This document shows positions 1-8,280 of a stretch of DNA of 32,000 nt, piece after piece. Numbering within the stretch: position 1 is the first letter of the stretch; each line of letters opens with the position of its first letter. This DNA is from Bacteroidaceae bacterium (GTDB lineage Bacteria > Bacillota > Clostridia > Oscillospirales > Oscillospiraceae). The stretch spans positions 20,517-52,516 of the forward strand of contig CAVGEC010000004.1 of the NCBI GenBank assembly GCA_963628195.1, given 5' to 3'. A model generated the notes under the pieces. It was given only the letters and a program-made list of their open reading frames with translations, searched no databases and was not told the origin of the DNA. A program made the translations under genes and the position numbers.

Positions 1-668
1 ACCAGACGGATCATGCGCTGGAGCGAGCTGTCCTCGCCGACCTTCTCAGCGCGCATTTCGAAGGCACCGAACTGGTTGACGGTGCCGCTGGAGACAGTGT
101 CGCCTACGGATTTATCCACAGGTAAGGATTCACCGGTCATTACCGCTTGGTCCACAGAGGTCTGTCCGTGGGTAATAACACCGTCCACGGGGATCGTCTC
201 TCCGGGCAGGACGCGAAGGATATCGCCTACCTGTACCTGTTCGGCGTGGATGATCTCCTCGCCTGCGGCAGTCAGACGGCGGGCAGTGCGCGGCGTCAGA
301 TGGATCAGCTTTTCGATACCGGCGCGGGCGCGAGCTACAGTCAGTTCTTCCAGCAGGCCGCCCAGCTGCATGATGAAGGCGACCTCTCCGGCGGCAAAGT
401 CCTGGCCGATGCAGACAGAGGCAATAAGCGCCATGCTGACCAGCACGTCCGCCTTGATATCAAAGGCGGTGACCAATCCGATGACCGCCTCCAGCACAAT
501 GGGTACGCCGCAGAGAATGATGGCAACCCAGGCCATGTCGAAGGGAAGAGGATCGAATTTCAGCAGACTGCAGAGGACAGCGGCACCGGAAATGACCAGC
601 AGAATGATATCCTTTTTCGTGCCGCCGGCATCCAGCAGCGCTTGCAGCTTTTCCATGAGATGTTTCAT
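1..668 (-). CDS. Heavy-metal translocating P-type (P1B) ATPase, N-terminal ~222 codons; gene runs off the left window edge
   Basis: Hand translation of the minus strand from ATG at 668 (AGGAGG 7 nt upstream) gives [31 protein letters not shown]..., TM helices, then the in-frame [10 protein letters not shown] actuator motif (revcomp of 111-140). Absent from the ORF track because no stop lies in the window. No N-terminal CxxC metal-binding domain. Confidence 0.85.
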   Translation of the reverse strand, partial: MKHLMEKLQALLDAGGTKKDIILLVISGAAVLCSLLKFDPLPFDMAWVAIILCGVPIVLEAVIGLVTAFDIKADVLVSMALIASVCIGQDFAAGEVAFIMQLGGLLEELTVARARAGIEKLIHLTPRTARRLTAAGEEIIHAEQVQVGDILRVLPGETIPVDGVITHGQTSVDQAVMTGESLPVDKSVGDTVSSGTVNQFGAFEMRAEKVGEDSSLQRMIRL

Positions 669-677
669 AACGCGCCT

Positions 678-732
678 CCTATACCTATGGGGGTATAGGC
701 ACATAATATACCCGTGTGGGTATACTTGTCAA
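678..732 (-). promoter_or_regulatory. ATPase promoter with two CsoR-type operators
   Basis: Minus strand TTGACA (727-732), 18 nt spacer, TATTAT (703-708). Perfect inverted repeat TATACCC-GTGT-GGGTATA (707-724) lies inside the spacer. A second repeat, CCTATAC-N8-GTATAGG (678-699, core ATACCTATGGGGGTAT), covers the TSS/RBS region. Both resemble known CsoR operators (TACC..GGGGTA). Confidence 0.7.
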
Positions 733-741
733 GAGCAATGT

Positions 742-783
742 AAAAAAACAGTCCTTAGGCCGTCAGGCCTAAGGACTGTTTTG
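742..783 (-). terminator. Rho-independent terminator after csoR (bidirectional hairpin)
   Basis: 14-bp perfect stem ACAGTCCTTAGGCC / GGCCTAAGGACTGT (748-761 and 766-779), loop GTCA, with an A-run on one side and a T-run on the other. Confidence 0.8.
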
Positions 784-798
784 GGAATACCGCGATGC

Positions 799-1071
799 TC
801 ACATATTGGCGAAGCGTTCTACCGCTTTGGTAAAGCTTTCGATGGTCTTGTCCGCGTCGCCGTGCTGGATGCCGTCACGCACGCAGTGCTGGATATGGCC
901 TTCAAGTACCACCTTACCGCAGCTGTGCAGGGCGGACTTGGCGGCGTTGATCTGGGAGAGGATATCCTCGCAGGGAACATCCTGGTCCACCATGCGGTCG
1001 ATAGCCTGCAGTTGGCCGATGATCTTGCTGAGGCGGCGGTGCAGGTTGGCCGCGTCCATACATTGCTTCAT
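799..1071 (-). CDS. csoR: CsoR/RcnR-family metal-sensing transcriptional repressor (DUF156)
   Basis: 90 aa with typical family length and helices. Cys in VPCEDIL plus HIQHC gives an x-C-H-C ligand signature as in Cu(I)-sensing CsoR. Cognate palindromes lie nearby. Confidence 0.85.
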   Translation of the reverse strand: MKQCMDAANLHRRLSKIIGQLQAIDRMVDQDVPCEDILSQINAAKSALHSCGKVVLEGHIQHCVRDGIQHGDADKTIESFTKAVERFANM

Positions 1072-1096
1072 AATGGCATCTCCTTACTGATCGATG

Positions 1097-1112
1097 GTAC
1101 CGATAGGGGTAC
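1097..1112 (-). promoter_or_regulatory. CsoR-type operator upstream of csoR (autoregulation candidate)
   Basis: GTACCGATAGGGGTAC lies 26 nt upstream of the csoR start and shares the TACC..GGGGTAC core with the ATPase operators. Confidence 0.5.
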
Positions 1113-1185
1113 TCCTATATGCTTATGCTTATTATATCCGAAAATCCTGGCCTGTCAAGCGGCGGGGACGAAAAGCGGTGCCCTA

Positions 1186-1219
1186 AGCAGAAAGCACCCC
1201 CGGCTTGTGCCGGGGGTGC
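1186..1219 (-). terminator. Terminator after the glutamine synthetase gene
   Basis: Stem GCACCCCCGG / CCGGGGGTGC (1194-1203 and 1210-1219), followed on the minus strand by TTTCTGCTT. Confidence 0.7.
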
Positions 1220-1225
1220 AGCGCG

Positions 1226-3328
1226 TTATACGCTGAATAGGATGTCGGCGTAGGTGGGGTACGGCCAGGCGTTGGCGTCCACCATGGTCTCCAGCCGACT
1301 GATCAGGTCGCCGGCCTGCTGGGTGCGTGTGGAGATCTCCGCACGGTAATAGCGGGCGGCATCAATGCCGCCGTCGGCGGCAGGGGCGCTGTGCAGGGCG
1401 GATTGCAGCGCCTCGCAGGCATCGAACAGCTGCTCACCCAGGTCGTTGATGCGCCGGGCCATGGTATTCTCCATACGGGCGGACAACGCCGGTGTGACAC
1501 TCTCCTTATGGAAGGCTGTCTGGGCCAGGCGGTCAGCGTAAGCGCTGACGGCGGGGAGAATGTGGCGCTGGGCCATATCCAGCAAAGTGTTGGCTTCGAT
1601 AGCGGAGATCTTGCAGTAGTTTTCCAGATGGATCTCGTACCGGGCGCGCATCTCTGTTTCCGTCAGAACGGCGTGCTTGGTGAACAGGTCGACGTTCTTT
1701 TTATCGATGTAGGCAGGCATGCAGTCCACGGTATCGCGGAGGTTGGACAGGCCGCGGCGGGAAGCCTCCGCCACCCAGGCCTCGTCGTAGCCGTTGCCGT
1801 TGAAGATGATACGCTGATGGGCGGTGAATGTCTCCTGCAGCAGATCCTGGAGGGTGGACTGGAAGTTGTCGGCCTTTTCCAGAATGTCGGCGAATCGGCT
1901 CAGCTCCTCGGCCATGATGGTGTTCAGCACCACGTTGGGACTGGCGATGGACTGAGAGGAGCCCAGCATGCGGAACTCGAACTTGTTTCCAGTGAAGGCC
2001 AAGGGAGAGGTGCGGTTGCGGTCTGTGGTGTCCTGGGGGATCTCAGGCAGGGTATCTACGCCGATGGTGAGTTTTTTCTTGGTGATATCCACATACTCGG
2101 TGCCCCGGATGATAGAATCCAGAATGGCGGTGAGTTCATCACCCAGAAATACGGAGATGATGGCGGGAGGCGCCTCGTTGCCGCCCAGGCGGTGGTCGTT
2201 TCCGGGGTAGGAAACGCAGCAGCGCAGCATCTCCTGGTATTCGTCCACACCCTTGATGAAGGCGGCCAGGAACAGCAAAAACTGGGCGTTCTGACTGGGA
2301 GTGCTGCCGGGCTTCAACAGGTTCTCGCCGGTGTCGGTGGCCAGGGACCAGTTGTCGTGCTTGCCGGAACCGTTGATGCCGGCAAAGGGCTTCTCGTGGA
2401 GCAGGCAGACCAGCCCGTGGCGGGCGGCGACCTTTTTCAGCAGCTCCATAGTCAGCTGGTTCTTATCGCAGGCGGTATTGGCGTCGGAGTAGATCGGGGC
2501 GATCTCATGCTGGGCGGGAGCGACCTCGTTGTGCTCGGTCTTGGCCAGGACACCCAGCTGCCACAGCTCTTGATCCAGCTCGCGCATGAATGCGGCCACG
2601 CGGGGCTTGATGGCTCCGTAGTAGTGGTCATCCAACTCCTGCCCCTTGGCGGGACGGGCACCGAACAGAGTACGACCGCAGAGCTTCAAGTCGGCACGGC
2701 GGTCATACATGGCGGCGTCGATGAGGAAATACTCCTGTTCGGGGCCTACCTGGGGGATCACATGCTGGGCCTCGGTATTGCCGAACAGGCGCAGAATACG
2801 GATGCACTCTTTATCCAACTCGCGCATGGAGCGCAGGAGAGGCGTCTTTTTATCCAGTGTCTGCCCGCTGTAGGAACAAAAAATGGTGGGAATATAGAGC
2901 GTTTCATCCTTGACGAAAGCGTAGGACGTGGGATCCCAGGCGGTATAGCCGCGGGCCTCAAAGGTGGCGCGGAGACCGCCGGAGGGGAAGGAGGAGGCGT
3001 CGGCCTCTCCCTTGCTGAGTTCCTTGGCGCTGAGTTCCATGACCACGCCGTCCTTGCCGTGGCGGGTGATGAAGCTGTCATGCTTTTCGGCGGTGAAGCC
3101 GGTCATGGGCTGGAACCAGTGGGTGTAGTGCGTAGCGCCCTTCTCAATGGCCCAGTCCTTCATGGCGTTGGCGATCTCGCCGGCGGTGGTGCGATCCAGC
3201 GGCGTTCCCTGGGCCAGGCATTGCTGCCACTTCTGGTAGGCGGCGGCGGGAAGACGCTGCTGCATCTGCTGCTCGCCAAACACCATTTTGCCAAACAGAG
3301 CGGGAACGTTCGTGATCTTTTCACACAT
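1226..3328 (-). CDS. glnN: Glutamine synthetase, type III
   Basis: 700 aa, the length typical of GSIII. The N-terminal region (LFGKMVFGEQQMQQRLP...YQKW...THYTHWFQPMTG) and central catalytic region match my recollection of GSIII. Confidence 0.9.
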   Translation of the reverse strand: MCEKITNVPALFGKMVFGEQQMQQRLPAAAYQKWQQCLAQGTPLDRTTAGEIANAMKDWAIEKGATHYTHWFQPMTGFTAEKHDSFITRHGKDGVVMELSAKELSKGEADASSFPSGGLRATFEARGYTAWDPTSYAFVKDETLYIPTIFCSYSGQTLDKKTPLLRSMRELDKECIRILRLFGNTEAQHVIPQVGPEQEYFLIDAAMYDRRADLKLCGRTLFGARPAKGQELDDHYYGAIKPRVAAFMRELDQELWQLGVLAKTEHNEVAPAQHEIAPIYSDANTACDKNQLTMELLKKVAARHGLVCLLHEKPFAGINGSGKHDNWSLATDTGENLLKPGSTPSQNAQFLLFLAAFIKGVDEYQEMLRCCVSYPGNDHRLGGNEAPPAIISVFLGDELTAILDSIIRGTEYVDITKKKLTIGVDTLPEIPQDTTDRNRTSPLAFTGNKFEFRMLGSSQSIASPNVVLNTIMAEELSRFADILEKADNFQSTLQDLLQETFTAHQRIIFNGNGYDEAWVAEASRRGLSNLRDTVDCMPAYIDKKNVDLFTKHAVLTETEMRARYEIHLENYCKISAIEANTLLDMAQRHILPAVSAYADRLAQTAFHKESVTPALSARMENTMARRINDLGEQLFDACEALQSALHSAPAADGGIDAARYYRAEISTRTQQAGDLISRLETMVDANAWPYPTYADILFSV

Positions 3329-3385
3329 TGCGGGATCAGTCCTTTCAAATTCAAATACGCGGCGATGCCGCGGGGAAAACGGGTA

Positions 3386-3988
3386 TTACAGGAACAGCTG
3401 CATGGCCAGCGGGGTGACATAGGCCTCCATAACGGCGGCAAATGCCAACAGAGGGACCAGCAGCAGGAGCATCACGCGGAGGATATTCAGCAGCAGGGGC
3501 CTCATGACACCCTTTTCGTTGCGGCGGATGTAGGTGTTGATGTTTTTGCACAGGCACAGACCGGCGGCGAGACTTAGGAAAAGGGCGGGGATCTCAAAGA
3601 CACCGTGGGGGATCAAGCCGGCGGCCAACAGCAGCCAGCGCCCCTGCATAAGGGAGGTCAGTACGCCGATCAGCATAGCGTTGACGCCCAGAGACAGCGC
3701 GGGCAGATACAGGAAGGGGATGAATCCGTACAGGACAGAGAATACCATAGCCCGCAGGTTATTGCCGAACAGGGCAAGTGCGCTGAAGCTGCCGTCCTCC
3801 TGCACAATACCGGAATCGCTGAGGGCATTATCGAACCAGGTCATGACAGTGTTGGAAACATCGGGGACCAGACGGCCCACCGCATAGGCCAGCACAGTGA
3901 TGACAAGAAAAGCGATGGCGGTCATGCCTACAAAACGGCCATACTGGTCGCGCCAAAAGGCGGCCAAAGACTGAAACTGACGCTTCAT
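3386..3988 (-). CDS. SpoIIM/DUF95-family integral membrane protein
   Basis: Multi-TM protein with IPHGVFEIPALFLSLAAG, typical of the stage II sporulation protein M family. Start chosen at ATG 3988 (MKRQFQ...), which overlaps the gltX TGA by 1 nt. The track start at 4030 would overlap gltX. Confidence 0.75.
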   Translation of the reverse strand: MKRQFQSLAAFWRDQYGRFVGMTAIAFLVITVLAYAVGRLVPDVSNTVMTWFDNALSDSGIVQEDGSFSALALFGNNLRAMVFSVLYGFIPFLYLPALSLGVNAMLIGVLTSLMQGRWLLLAAGLIPHGVFEIPALFLSLAAGLCLCKNINTYIRRNEKGVMRPLLLNILRVMLLLLVPLLAFAAVMEAYVTPLAMQLFL

Positions 3989-5475
3989 CAGACATTCTCC
4001 AGCTTGGCCAAACCAGCGCGGAGACGGCACAGCGTCTCGTCACGGCCCAGGATGCGGCAGATCTCCACAGCGCCGCCGGGAGTGACCAGTTTGCCGGCGG
4101 CAGCAATGCGCACCGGCCACATAAGTGTGGCGTTCTTGACGCCCAGCTGCTCGGCCAGGGCGATAAGACCGTCATGGATGGCCTCGTCTGTCCAGACAGG
4201 CAGGGACTCCAGCATAGGAATGGCGGCGCTGAGCATATCCCGGCAGACCTCTGGGTTGGTTTTCGACTTCTTATTGGTGAAAAACTCTACGTCATAGTCA
4301 GGGCATGTGTCGAAGAAGTCAACCTTTTCAGGGATATCTGTCAGCTTTTCACAGCGGGCCTGCAGCAGGGCGGCGATGGCAGCGATGTCGAAGTCGCCCC
4401 TGACGCTCTGCCGGATGTAGGGCGCGGCCACAACGGCGAAATCCTCCGGGGACATGGCGCGCAGGTAAACGGCGTTGAAATGATCCAGCTTGGCTCTGTC
4501 AAAAATGGCGGGGGACTTGGATATACCTGTAAGGTCAAAGGCCTTTACAAGCTCGTCGAGAGTGAATATCTCCTGCTCAGCCAGGTCGCCCTTGGGGCTC
4601 CAGCCCAGAAGGGCCACATAGTTGAGGATAGCGTCGGTGAGGTAACCCTCGGCCTTCAGATCCTCGTAGCTGGGATCGCCGTGGCGCTTGGACATTTTAT
4701 TCTGAGCGTCCCGCATGACAGGGGAGCAGTGGACATAGGTGGGTACATCCCAGCCGAAAGCATGGTACAGCAGATCATACTTGGGCGCGGAGGAGAGATA
4801 CTCGCTGCCGCGCACCACATGGGTGATGCCCATAAGATGGTCGTCGATAACGTTAGCAAAGTTGTAGGTGGGCAGACCATCGCGCTTGAGGAGCACTTGA
4901 TCATCCAGTGTACTGTTCTCCACGGTGATATCGCCGAACACAGCGTCGTGGAAGGTGGTGGTGCCCTCTTTGGGGATGCGTTGGCGGATAACATAGGGTT
5001 CACCGGCTTCCACGCGCTTGAGCGCTTCAGCCAGAGGCAGATCCCGGCAGGGATCGTCGGCGCGGTCAAAGTCGCCGGTATCCTCCTCGGAGGCACACTT
5101 CTCGCAGAAGCAGTAGTACGCGCCGCCTTTTTCTACCAGCAGACGGGCGTATTTGCCGTAGGTATCCCGGCGCTGGGACTGAATATAGGGAGCCACAGGG
5201 CCGCCCACATCGGGGCCTTCGTCATGAGTCAGGCGGCACTCGGCCATAGTGCGGTAGATCACGTCGGTGGCACCCTCCACCAAGCGGCCCTGGTCGGTAT
5301 CCTCGATGCGGAGGATAAATGTCCCGCCATGAGAGCGGGCTATGAGCCAGGTGTAGAGAGCGGTGCGCAGGTTGCCGATGTGCATATAGCCGGTGGGAGA
5401 GGGCGCAAAACGGGTGCGGATCTTACCCGTGGGGATCTTGGCTTCCATTTCGGCGAAATAAGCGGCGTCAGACAT
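3988..5475 (-). CDS. gltX: Glutamate--tRNA ligase
   Basis: 495 aa with HIGH-type motif PSPTGYMHIGNLRTAL and KMSKS motif KMSKRHG. RBS GGAGG upstream. Confidence 0.95.
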   Translation of the reverse strand: MSDAAYFAEMEAKIPTGKIRTRFAPSPTGYMHIGNLRTALYTWLIARSHGGTFILRIEDTDQGRLVEGATDVIYRTMAECRLTHDEGPDVGGPVAPYIQSQRRDTYGKYARLLVEKGGAYYCFCEKCASEEDTGDFDRADDPCRDLPLAEALKRVEAGEPYVIRQRIPKEGTTTFHDAVFGDITVENSTLDDQVLLKRDGLPTYNFANVIDDHLMGITHVVRGSEYLSSAPKYDLLYHAFGWDVPTYVHCSPVMRDAQNKMSKRHGDPSYEDLKAEGYLTDAILNYVALLGWSPKGDLAEQEIFTLDELVKAFDLTGISKSPAIFDRAKLDHFNAVYLRAMSPEDFAVVAAPYIRQSVRGDFDIAAIAALLQARCEKLTDIPEKVDFFDTCPDYDVEFFTNKKSKTNPEVCRDMLSAAIPMLESLPVWTDEAIHDGLIALAEQLGVKNATLMWPVRIAAAGKLVTPGGAVEICRILGRDETLCRLRAGLAKLENV

Positions 5476-5511
5476 AATAGACCTCCGTGATTCTCATAAA
5501 AATACTATAAC

Positions 5512-5539
5512 ATTATATTTGTTTTACGGGAAAAGTCAA
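5512..5539 (-). promoter_or_regulatory. Sigma-A type promoter of gltX
   Basis: Minus strand TTGACT (5534-5539), 16 nt spacer, TATAAT (5512-5517). The leader is short and has no T-box. Confidence 0.65.
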
Positions 5540-5585
5540 TGCTTACAGGCCATTTCACGGAATGTCCAAATGTTTGGAATGTTTC

Positions 5586-5614
5586 TTGCAATTTGTGGGG
5601 ACATTTGGTATAAT
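5586..5614 (+). promoter_or_regulatory. Sigma-A type promoter of the NifU-like/GGGtGRT operon
   Basis: TTGCAA (5586-5591), 17 nt spacer, TGnTATAAT (5606-5614). Confidence 0.7.
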
Positions 5615-5672
5615 GCAGTTGGTTTTACCTGCCGCAAGGCACGACTATAACACAGAAAGGAACATCGTCACT

Positions 5673-6365
5673 ATGATCTATACGACGGAAGTACAGCATA
5701 TGTGTCCTGTCGCCAAGGGCGCTTATCACGGTCCGGCTCCCATTCCTGAGGAGGGCAAGTGGGTGCAGGCCAAGCAGATCGGGGATATTTCCGGCTTTAC
5801 TCACGGCATCGGCTGGTGCGCACCTCAGCAGGGCGCCTGCAAGCTGACGCTGAATGTGAAGAACGGCGTTATTGAGGAGGCGCTGGTGGAGACCATTGGC
5901 TGCTCCGGCATGACGCACTCCGCCGCCATGGCTTCCGAAATTCTGATCGGCAAGACCATTCTGGAGGCGCTGAACACTGATTTGGTGTGCGACGCCATCA
6001 ACACCGCCATGCGCGAGCTGTTTCTACAGATCGTGTACGGCCGCACCCAGTCCGCGTTCTCTGAGGACGGTCTGGCGGTGGGTGCCTCTCTGGAAGATCT
6101 GGGCAAGGGGCTGCGCTCCCAGGTGGGCACCATGTTCGGTACCCGCGAGAAGGGCCCCCGCTATCTGGAAATGGCCGAGGGCTATTGCAGCCGTCTGGCA
6201 CTGAACGACAAGGACGAGATCATCGGCTACGAGTTCATCAGCCTGGGCAAGATGATGGACGCCGTGAAGAAGGGCGTGGACGCCAACGAGGCCTTGAAGA
6301 ACGCCACTGGCCACTACGGTCAGTGGGACAACGCGGCGAAGTATATCGATCCGCGCCAGGAATAA
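5673..6365 (+). CDS. NifU/IscU-like N-terminal domain protein (Fe-S scaffold-like), partner of the GGGtGRT protein
   Basis: Start moved to ATG 5673 (MIYTTEVQHMCP...) because the track start at 5562 lies upstream of the promoter. Cys-containing IscU-like segment ETIGCSGMTHSAAMASE. Confidence 0.7.
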   Translation: MIYTTEVQHMCPVAKGAYHGPAPIPEEGKWVQAKQIGDISGFTHGIGWCAPQQGACKLTLNVKNGVIEEALVETIGCSGMTHSAAMASEILIGKTILEALNTDLVCDAINTAMRELFLQIVYGRTQSAFSEDGLAVGASLEDLGKGLRSQVGTMFGTREKGPRYLEMAEGYCSRLALNDKDEIIGYEFISLGKMMDAVKKGVDANEALKNATGHYGQWDNAAKYIDPRQE

Positions 6366-6383
6366 GAGAAGGAGGACGACAAA

Positions 6384-7382
6384 ATGGCTCTGTTTGAAAG
6401 TTACGAAAGACGTATCGACAAGATCAACGGCGTCCTCGCGCAGTACGGCATCGGCTCCGTGGAAGAGTGCCGCGATCTCTGCAAGGCGAAGGGGTTTGAT
6501 CCCTATGAGATCGTGAAGGGCATTCAGCCCATCTGCTTTGAAAACGCCTGCTGGGCGTACACCGTGGGTGCGGCCATCGCGCTGAAGTCCGGCGTCAAGA
6601 CTGCTGCTGACGCTGCCCGGAAGATCGGCGAAGGCCTGCAGTCCTTCTGCATTGACGGCTCTGTGGCCGAGGACCGCAAGGTAGGCTTGGGCCACGGCAA
6701 TCTGGGCGCCATGCTGCTGAGCGACGAGAGCAAGTGCTTCGCATTCCTGGCCGGCCACGAGTCCTTTGCTGCCGCCGAAGGAGCTATCGGCATTGTGCGC
6801 AACGCCAATAAGGCCCGCAAGGAGCCTCTGCGCGTGATTCTGAACGGTCTGGGCAAGGATGCGGCGCAGATCATCAGCCGCATTAACGGCTTCACCTATG
6901 TGCAGACTCAGTTTGACTATTTTACCGGTAAGCTGAACATTGTGCGTGAGATCCGCTATTCCGAGACCGAGCGCGCCGATGTGCGCTGCTACGGTGCGGA
7001 CGACGTCCGCGAAGGCGTGGCCATCATGCACCACGAGGGTGTGGACGTGTCCATCACCGGCAACTCCACCAACCCCACCCGCTTCCAGCACCCTGTGGCG
7101 GGCACCTATAAGAAGGAGTGCATCGAGCAGGGTAAGAAGTATTTCTCCGTGGCTTCCGGCGGCGGTACCGGCCGTACGCTGCACCCGGACAACATGGCTG
7201 CCGGTCCCGCTTCCTACGGCATGACCGACACTATGGGACGTATGCACAGCGACGCGCAGTTCGCAGGTTCCAGTTCCGTCCCCGCACATGTGGAGATGAT
7301 GGGCTTCCTGGGCATGGGCAACAATCCCATGGTGGGCGCTACCGTGGCTGTGGCTGTGGCTGTGGCAGAGGCTGTGAAGTAA
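6384..7382 (+). CDS. GGGtGRT family protein (uncharacterised)
   Basis: 332 aa containing the eponymous SGGGTGRT motif. RBS GAAGGAGG upstream. Confidence 0.85.
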   Translation: MALFESYERRIDKINGVLAQYGIGSVEECRDLCKAKGFDPYEIVKGIQPICFENACWAYTVGAAIALKSGVKTAADAARKIGEGLQSFCIDGSVAEDRKVGLGHGNLGAMLLSDESKCFAFLAGHESFAAAEGAIGIVRNANKARKEPLRVILNGLGKDAAQIISRINGFTYVQTQFDYFTGKLNIVREIRYSETERADVRCYGADDVREGVAIMHHEGVDVSITGNSTNPTRFQHPVAGTYKKECIEQGKKYFSVASGGGTGRTLHPDNMAAGPASYGMTDTMGRMHSDAQFAGSSSVPAHVEMMGFLGMGNNPMVGATVAVAVAVAEAVK

Positions 7383-7397
7383 TTTCCGCTTACACGT

Positions 7398-7436
7398 AAA
7401 GCATCCCCCGACAGACTGTCGGGGGATGCTTTTCTA
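7398..7436. terminator. Bidirectional terminator shared by the convergent GGGtGRT gene and the small peptide gene
   Basis: Stem AAAGCATCCCCCGACA / TGTCGGGGGATGCTTT with a T-run on the plus side and an A-run on the other. Confidence 0.8.
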
Positions 7437-7452
7437 TGTGTGCGCAGGTGCG

Positions 7453-7518
7453 TCAGCACTTGCCGAACCAGCTGCACAGCAGCTTCAGCAGGGAAGCGCA
7501 GTCGAAATTGCAGAACAT
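7453..7518 (-). CDS. 21-aa Cys-rich small peptide MFCNFDCASLLKLLCSWFGKC
   Basis: Not in the ORF track (too short). AGGAGG (7526-7531) lies 7 nt before the ATG at 7518. It has its own promoter and a terminator directly downstream. Four Cys in 21 residues. Confidence 0.5.
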   Translation of the reverse strand: MFCNFDCASLLKLLCSWFGKC

Positions 7519-7562
7519 ACTGTGACCTCCTATGTTTGGATTTCCCTTGCAAGGATGGGCAT

Positions 7563-7591
7563 ATTGTAACCGTTTTGTAACTGTTTTGCAA
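7563..7591 (-). promoter_or_regulatory. Sigma-A type promoter for the small peptide gene
   Basis: Minus strand TTGCAA (7586-7591), 17 nt spacer, TACAAT (7563-7568). Confidence 0.55.
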
Positions 7592-7607
7592 ATGTAAATG
7601 CTGGAAG

Positions 7608-7844
7608 TCACAGGATCAGCAGCAGGCCGATGGCGATAAGAAGTTCCTCGTCGGCTTTTTGTTTAGAGAGGTAGAACAGCAGAAACAACAGCAGCAAATC
7701 GCCGGCGTCCAGATCGCCCAGATGCAGCTTTTCCAGCAGATCGTTGAAGAATCCGCGTTCCGGGGCATCGCTGTATGGCGGCGGAGAGGGCGGCGGTGCG
7801 TTGTTGGGGGGAGACTCACGCCGGGAAGAGGTGTCCTCATCCAC
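7608..7844 (-). CDS. Small hypothetical protein with a Pro-rich N-terminus and a hydrophobic C-terminal tail
   Basis: 78 aa from a GTG start. C-terminus is LHLGDLDAGDLLLLFLLFYLS...LLIAIGLLLIL. Start is uncertain: no RBS precedes the GTG, and the frame is open back to 7914. Confidence 0.55.
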   Translation of the reverse strand: MDEDTSSRRESPPNNAPPPSPPPYSDAPERGFFNDLLEKLHLGDLDAGDLLLLFLLFYLSKQKADEELLIAIGLLLIL

Positions 7845-7887
7845 GGGAACACGGGTATAGGCACCATCATTGCCGCGGATATAGCGG

Positions 7888-8262
7888 TTATACAGGCAGA
7901 CCGCCTCCTTCCGTCAGAAATCGCTTACCAATGGTGATGAGACGCGCCAGCTTTGCGGCACGCGCCACTTTGCCCTGTTTATCGTCCTTCAAAAAAGGGC
8001 GCAGGGCGTAGAGCAGCTGGGTGGTCTGGCTGGTGTCGCGGGTAAGCTCCTGCAGGAGAGGGAGGTATTTGGCAATGGTCTGCGGATCGATAGCAGGCAG
8101 CGGCGCAGGCGGAGGGGGCGATGTGGGAGGCGGCACAGGGGACTGTTGTACCGGGGTGTCGCCGCCCGCGGAGCCGGACAACTGCTGAGCTAATTGCATG
8201 ATCTGCGCCATGCTGCCGGGATCGGACAGCAGCGCGTTGAGTTTTTCGTTCATATCGTCCAC
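7888..8262 (-). CDS. Hypothetical protein with a Pro-rich linker
   Basis: 124 aa. GTG at 8262 with GGAGG (8270-8274) 7 nt upstream. N-terminal LLSDPGSMAQIMQLAQQL motif, then a PPPTSPPPPAP linker. Confidence 0.65.
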   Translation of the reverse strand: MDDMNEKLNALLSDPGSMAQIMQLAQQLSGSAGGDTPVQQSPVPPPTSPPPPAPLPAIDPQTIAKYLPLLQELTRDTSQTTQLLYALRPFLKDDKQGKVARAAKLARLITIGKRFLTEGGGLPV

Positions 8263-8280
8263 GCTGCGTCCTCCTTTCTG

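Noticed and set aside
13-1236. 407-aa plus-strand ORF spanning the ATPase, csoR and intergenic regions
   Set aside because: It runs antisense to two recognisable genes and crosses a terminator, a promoter and operators. The translation is low-complexity (Ser/Arg/Pro/Thr-rich), typical of a shadow ORF in high-GC DNA.
1391-3577. 728-aa plus-strand ORF
   Set aside because: Antisense shadow of the type III glutamine synthetase gene. Gly/Val/Ala/Leu-rich with no recognisable motif.
5476-5560. Possible T-box leader upstream of gltX
   Set aside because: The leader between the promoter and the start is only about 30 nt, with no specifier or T-box sequence.
4174-7289. Long antisense ORFs 4174-5490 (+) and 6024-7289 (-)
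   Set aside because: They lie opposite gltX and the NifU-like/GGGtGRT genes, which carry clear motifs and RBSs. Shadow-ORF composition.
7616-7870. 84-aa alternative frame (MMVPIPVFPW...CCCCFCCS) overlapping the 78-aa gene
   Set aside because: It is Cys/Pro/Thr-rich and implausible, while the other frame gives a coherent Pro-rich linker plus hydrophobic tail. Neither frame has a good RBS, so the choice rests on protein plausibility only.
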